DNA of 64,000 nucleotides from Dicyema japonicum. Taxonomy: Eukaryota; Animalia; Dicyemida. Position 1 is the stretch's first letter. Every line of letters starts with the position of its first letter. The stretch lies in assembly GCA_011109175.1 (NCBI GenBank), contig RDEW01000055.1, forward strand, positions 139,516 through 203,515, given 5' to 3'. This document shows, one piece after another, positions 60,900 to 64,000 of this stretch. The position numbers and the translations under genes were made by a program. The notes below the pieces were generated by a model. That model saw only the letters and a list, made by a program, of their open reading frames with translations. It did not search any database and was not told the origin of the DNA.

Positions 60900-61300
60900 G
60901 TTTCCGGTAATGACACAATATTTATCTTTGGGAAAAATAAACATAAACGATCCAGCGTTCCTTCCAATAGTTGTTGCCTGTAATTCAGAACTATCCCCAT
61001 TGCTCAAAATGATTGGGATTTTTTGACAGAAGTAGAAATTCCTCCAAGATTGCTGTGAAAAAAAATCATATCGGGAGATTTACCACTTATCCGAATTCAG
61101 TTCCAAAGCCAGGCAAAGCAAGATCAAAACTCAAGATCGTGAGGAATATCTGGACTGAGTCGTCAAAATAACAAAAGTTTAGAGAGAACTGAGTAGTTTA
61201 TTATCTTTCTCTATGCCAAGGAAGAATAGGAAGGACTTGAGGGGCCACCCTGTTTTAACTCGGAGGAGAGCCTCAAATGAAAAAATGTCAAAAATATTTT
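60900..61300 (+). mobile_element. Degenerate Vingi-like fragment (post-RT)
   Basis: Resembles the NILRAVAG..LNYAAPSW..GPLNLL region of copy 1. Confidence 0.4.
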
Positions 61301-61922
61301 GATCGATTACCATTTTTTGTGAATTTTGATTATATTACATCATGTTGGTGGTTGACACATCTCCAATAATGTAGATGTTTTTATCATACTCCCAGTCTGC
61401 ATATTCAACCTCTTTTACAATTGCAACTACCTCGTGTAACTGTGGAATCACACGTGAAAAAAGTTAAATGGAGAAAACTATTAGGACGTGAAGAGCACGA
61501 CATAAGCGAAAACTTAAATATTCATATGCTTATGGGTACGAGGGAGTGCACTTAACTTAAAATAATTAACATTTCAAATAATATGGTTACCCTATTTATT
61601 AACAGATGCTTGAAATATAAAATTGATTTTTACTCTAGAATTTTATTTTTATCAAGAATGGAAAATTTACTTGCTTCGGAATCAAGGAAATCACTTTAAT
61701 AAGAGCAGATTGAATACTATATTGGTTGTCATTATGAATCATTCTTAACTTTTAACCATGACTCATTGCTATGTAATCAGTTTGAGTTTTTGAAAGGTAG
61801 TCTCGAATCTCAGTTCTAAAATGTTTCTCATGATAAATCAGTTGCTACAAAATAGTAAATAAATTTGTTAACTTGGAAATGGATCAAATTAATTTATGTT
61901 TATAAATTCCCTTTGATATAAT

Positions 61923-62022
61923 TAGTTCTCCAAATTACTGATCTAATAAGCCAGAATAGGGTTCTCAATTTGCTAGTTCTCCAAATTACTGATCTAATAA
62001 GCCGGAATAGGGTTCTCAATTT
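61923..62022. repeat. 51-bp-period tandem duplication
   Basis: tagttctccaaattactgatctaataagcc(a/g)gaatagggttctcaattt occurs twice. Confidence 0.9.
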
Positions 62023-62554
62023 ATTCACCTCCTAACATATTCCCATGGTGACCTCACTGTCACTTAAAATTTTACCGACGCTGATTCAGTATTTGTCGTT
62101 ATGTCACTTTACAAGAATATTCTGGAAAACAGTTTATCCGCTTCTCATCAATTGTCTTGGTTTCCACTGGCCAACACTACAATAACCAAGTAAAGTTCAT
62201 GTGGAAAAGCTTCCTCAAAACTTTACTGTATGATGTCCATTGTTGATCTACCACCTCTGAGAGCTCTGCAAATTCAACTATTGGTTGTATTCTGTTTGGA
62301 ACTTTTCAGCTCATGGAGACCTATACGACAGAAGAATCTCAGAAACAAGCCACATATCGGAATAATTATCAGTTAAAGCTTATTGTAACAGTTCTTTGAG
62401 AAAATTAACAATGAATACTTTCGAATTATTCAAGAATCCGGATTCACAACTGACGTTGCGTTTGATTCAAATTTGATATTCAGTCTTGTAACATTGATTC
62501 TTTCCAAAGTAAAAACAATAATGTTAATTAATACAAGGCATATTACTTTGACGG

Positions 62555-62760
62555 TGTTCTTGACTTTTCGTTTTTTTTGTTTGTGTGTGAGTTTCAAAAG
62601 ACAACCGCAGAAATACTGATTACGACATTACTGGTCAACCCCGAGCATTATAAATGATCCTTCAACCGACAGGACAGCAGCATGATTAGAACCAGGTCCT
62701 CATGAATTGGCCCAGAACTCATTACGCTGCCCAACCCGTTATTTGTTACTTTTAAATCAT
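62555..62760 (-). mobile_element. SINE family 2, old degenerate copy
   Basis: Reverse complement gctgctgtcctgtcggttgaagg...ttgaccagtaatgtcgtaatcagt...cacacacaaacaaaaaaa aligns loosely to 58985-59130. Confidence 0.55.
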
Positions 62761-63699
62761 TAAAAATCGACACAACAAGATTTTCAAATTTAACGAATTG
62801 TATCATATATAAAACTCATAATATAGTCTCGCAGCCATGTTCGGAAAATGTTGTGCATTTTAAATTTTTAAAGCAAAAATGTCAAAATGCGGATATTTAT
62901 CCATGGTATTTAACACAGGGACAATTTGGTGACGACAATTTATCAGTTGAACTGTATGACACTATAAATTTTTAATAAGAATAATTTATATCATAAAACG
63001 AAATAGCATATGAGATATTTTTTCATGAATATTGTATTGAAATAGGAGAAAATAAAAATATGATGCGAAAAAGAGATTTAGCTGAGTGTATATAAAGGAG
63101 ACATCACAATAGCTTTTACTAAGAGAATTTATTTCAAGACGCTACTTGAATTTCTACTTATTTTATAATGAGAGTATTTCTACGTGTCAATACAGATTAA
63201 TGATGCCAAATAGATTTTTAAATCTCATTTAACATTAATATAAAAATCACAATTTCGATAATTTTTAATTTTTGGACAAATCCACGGCTGTAGGTCCTCA
63301 TGATTTGAATATAAGATGATCCTACTTGGGTTTACATATAAGAAATTGCCTTATGTAAAAAATGATTAAACAACGCGAAAGTGATAAAAGTAACAATATT
63401 TACAAAATTCTCAATGTATAATTTTTAAAGATTTTGTCACTCGTTATACACAAGTATTTTGTGATAATTTTGGTTATCATTTTTTACAGAGGACCTAGAA
63501 GATCTACAGTTGTCGTAAAGCAAAGATCTTAAATCGTGTAGCATGAACGGCACCTTAGTCAATATAACATTATTTGGTTGTGTGAACGTGCGTTTAAATA
63601 TTAATTTTAAAGTAATAATATAAACCAACGTCTCTCAATGGGCTTCCACAAATTTTAAGCTAAAAAACTCTAAATAAGATAATTATAGTTTTATTATCG

Positions 63700-63935
63700 G
63701 ATGGTGAACAAACATCAAACAATGCCGATATGAAGAATTTTTCGGTCATACTGTTTCTCCTGCATTTAGAGGACGTTCAAGAAGTTGCTTTTTATAGACA
63801 CTTGCGGAAGATTACGCAGTGATCTGGGGCAACTGATGGATGCAGAAGATCTGGATGAAATCAAGAAACGAGCACGAAAGCGAAAAGGATGGAGAAGATT
63901 AACGGAAAGGATAATCGAAAAACATGGCAAAAAAT
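63700..63935 (+). mobile_element. RTE LINE 3' fragment
   Basis: FRGRSR and DAEDLDEIKKRARKRKGWRRL parallel the C termini of both RTE copies. Confidence 0.7.
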
Positions 63936-63957
63936 AGCAAAATAAATTTATTGTTAT

Positions 63958-64000
63958 TATTATTAGTAAAATTATTAGATAATTAGTAAGAGAAGTAATC
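63958..64000 (-). other. 3' flank of a probable fifth metalloprotease paralog continuing past the window
   Basis: attagtaaaattattagataattagtaagagaagtaatc is identical to 46621-46659, the sequence abutting the paralog 4 stop codon. Confidence 0.65.

Noticed and set aside
348-63628. Many 60-150 aa ORFs antisense to or overlapping LINE ORFs (e.g. 1962-2321, 19740-20060, 42642-43010)
   Set aside because: They are shadow frames of TE or repeat coding sequence with no independent motifs.

Overview
This is AT-rich eukaryotic, most likely animal, genomic DNA. Host genes are broken by ultra-short spliceosomal introns, almost all 21-28 nt, which fits a highly reduced parasite such as a dicyemid or myxozoan; the taxon is inferred, not established. 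Recognisable host genes are a Nit-Fhit fusion, a Jun/ATF-like bZIP, a divergent Gi/o-like G-alpha, a 5S rRNA-derived copy, and four paralogous minimal reprolysin (M12B) metalloproteases, with the 3' end of a fifth at the right edge. The rest is mostly transposable elements. Retroelements are Jockey/I-like, Vingi/ingi-like (with 2A-like peptides), RTE, CRE-like and R4-like LINEs plus two tRNA-headed SINE families. DNA transposons are MULE, pogo, Tc1/IS630-like and Ginger-like. The most notable observations are: (1) three of four protease paralogs need a GT...TG micro-intron, at the site where the fourth has GT...AG, to reach their stalk and anchor exon; (2) a SINE combines a tRNA head, a Vingi 5' signature with HDV-ribozyme-like topology and a Vingi 3' tail; (3) two TGTCAC-ended TIR elements are both flanked by TATTA, and one encloses a near-complete LINE. 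Many single-base indels sit in homopolymers and may be assembly errors. All analysis was by eye, and boundaries of degenerate elements are approximate.
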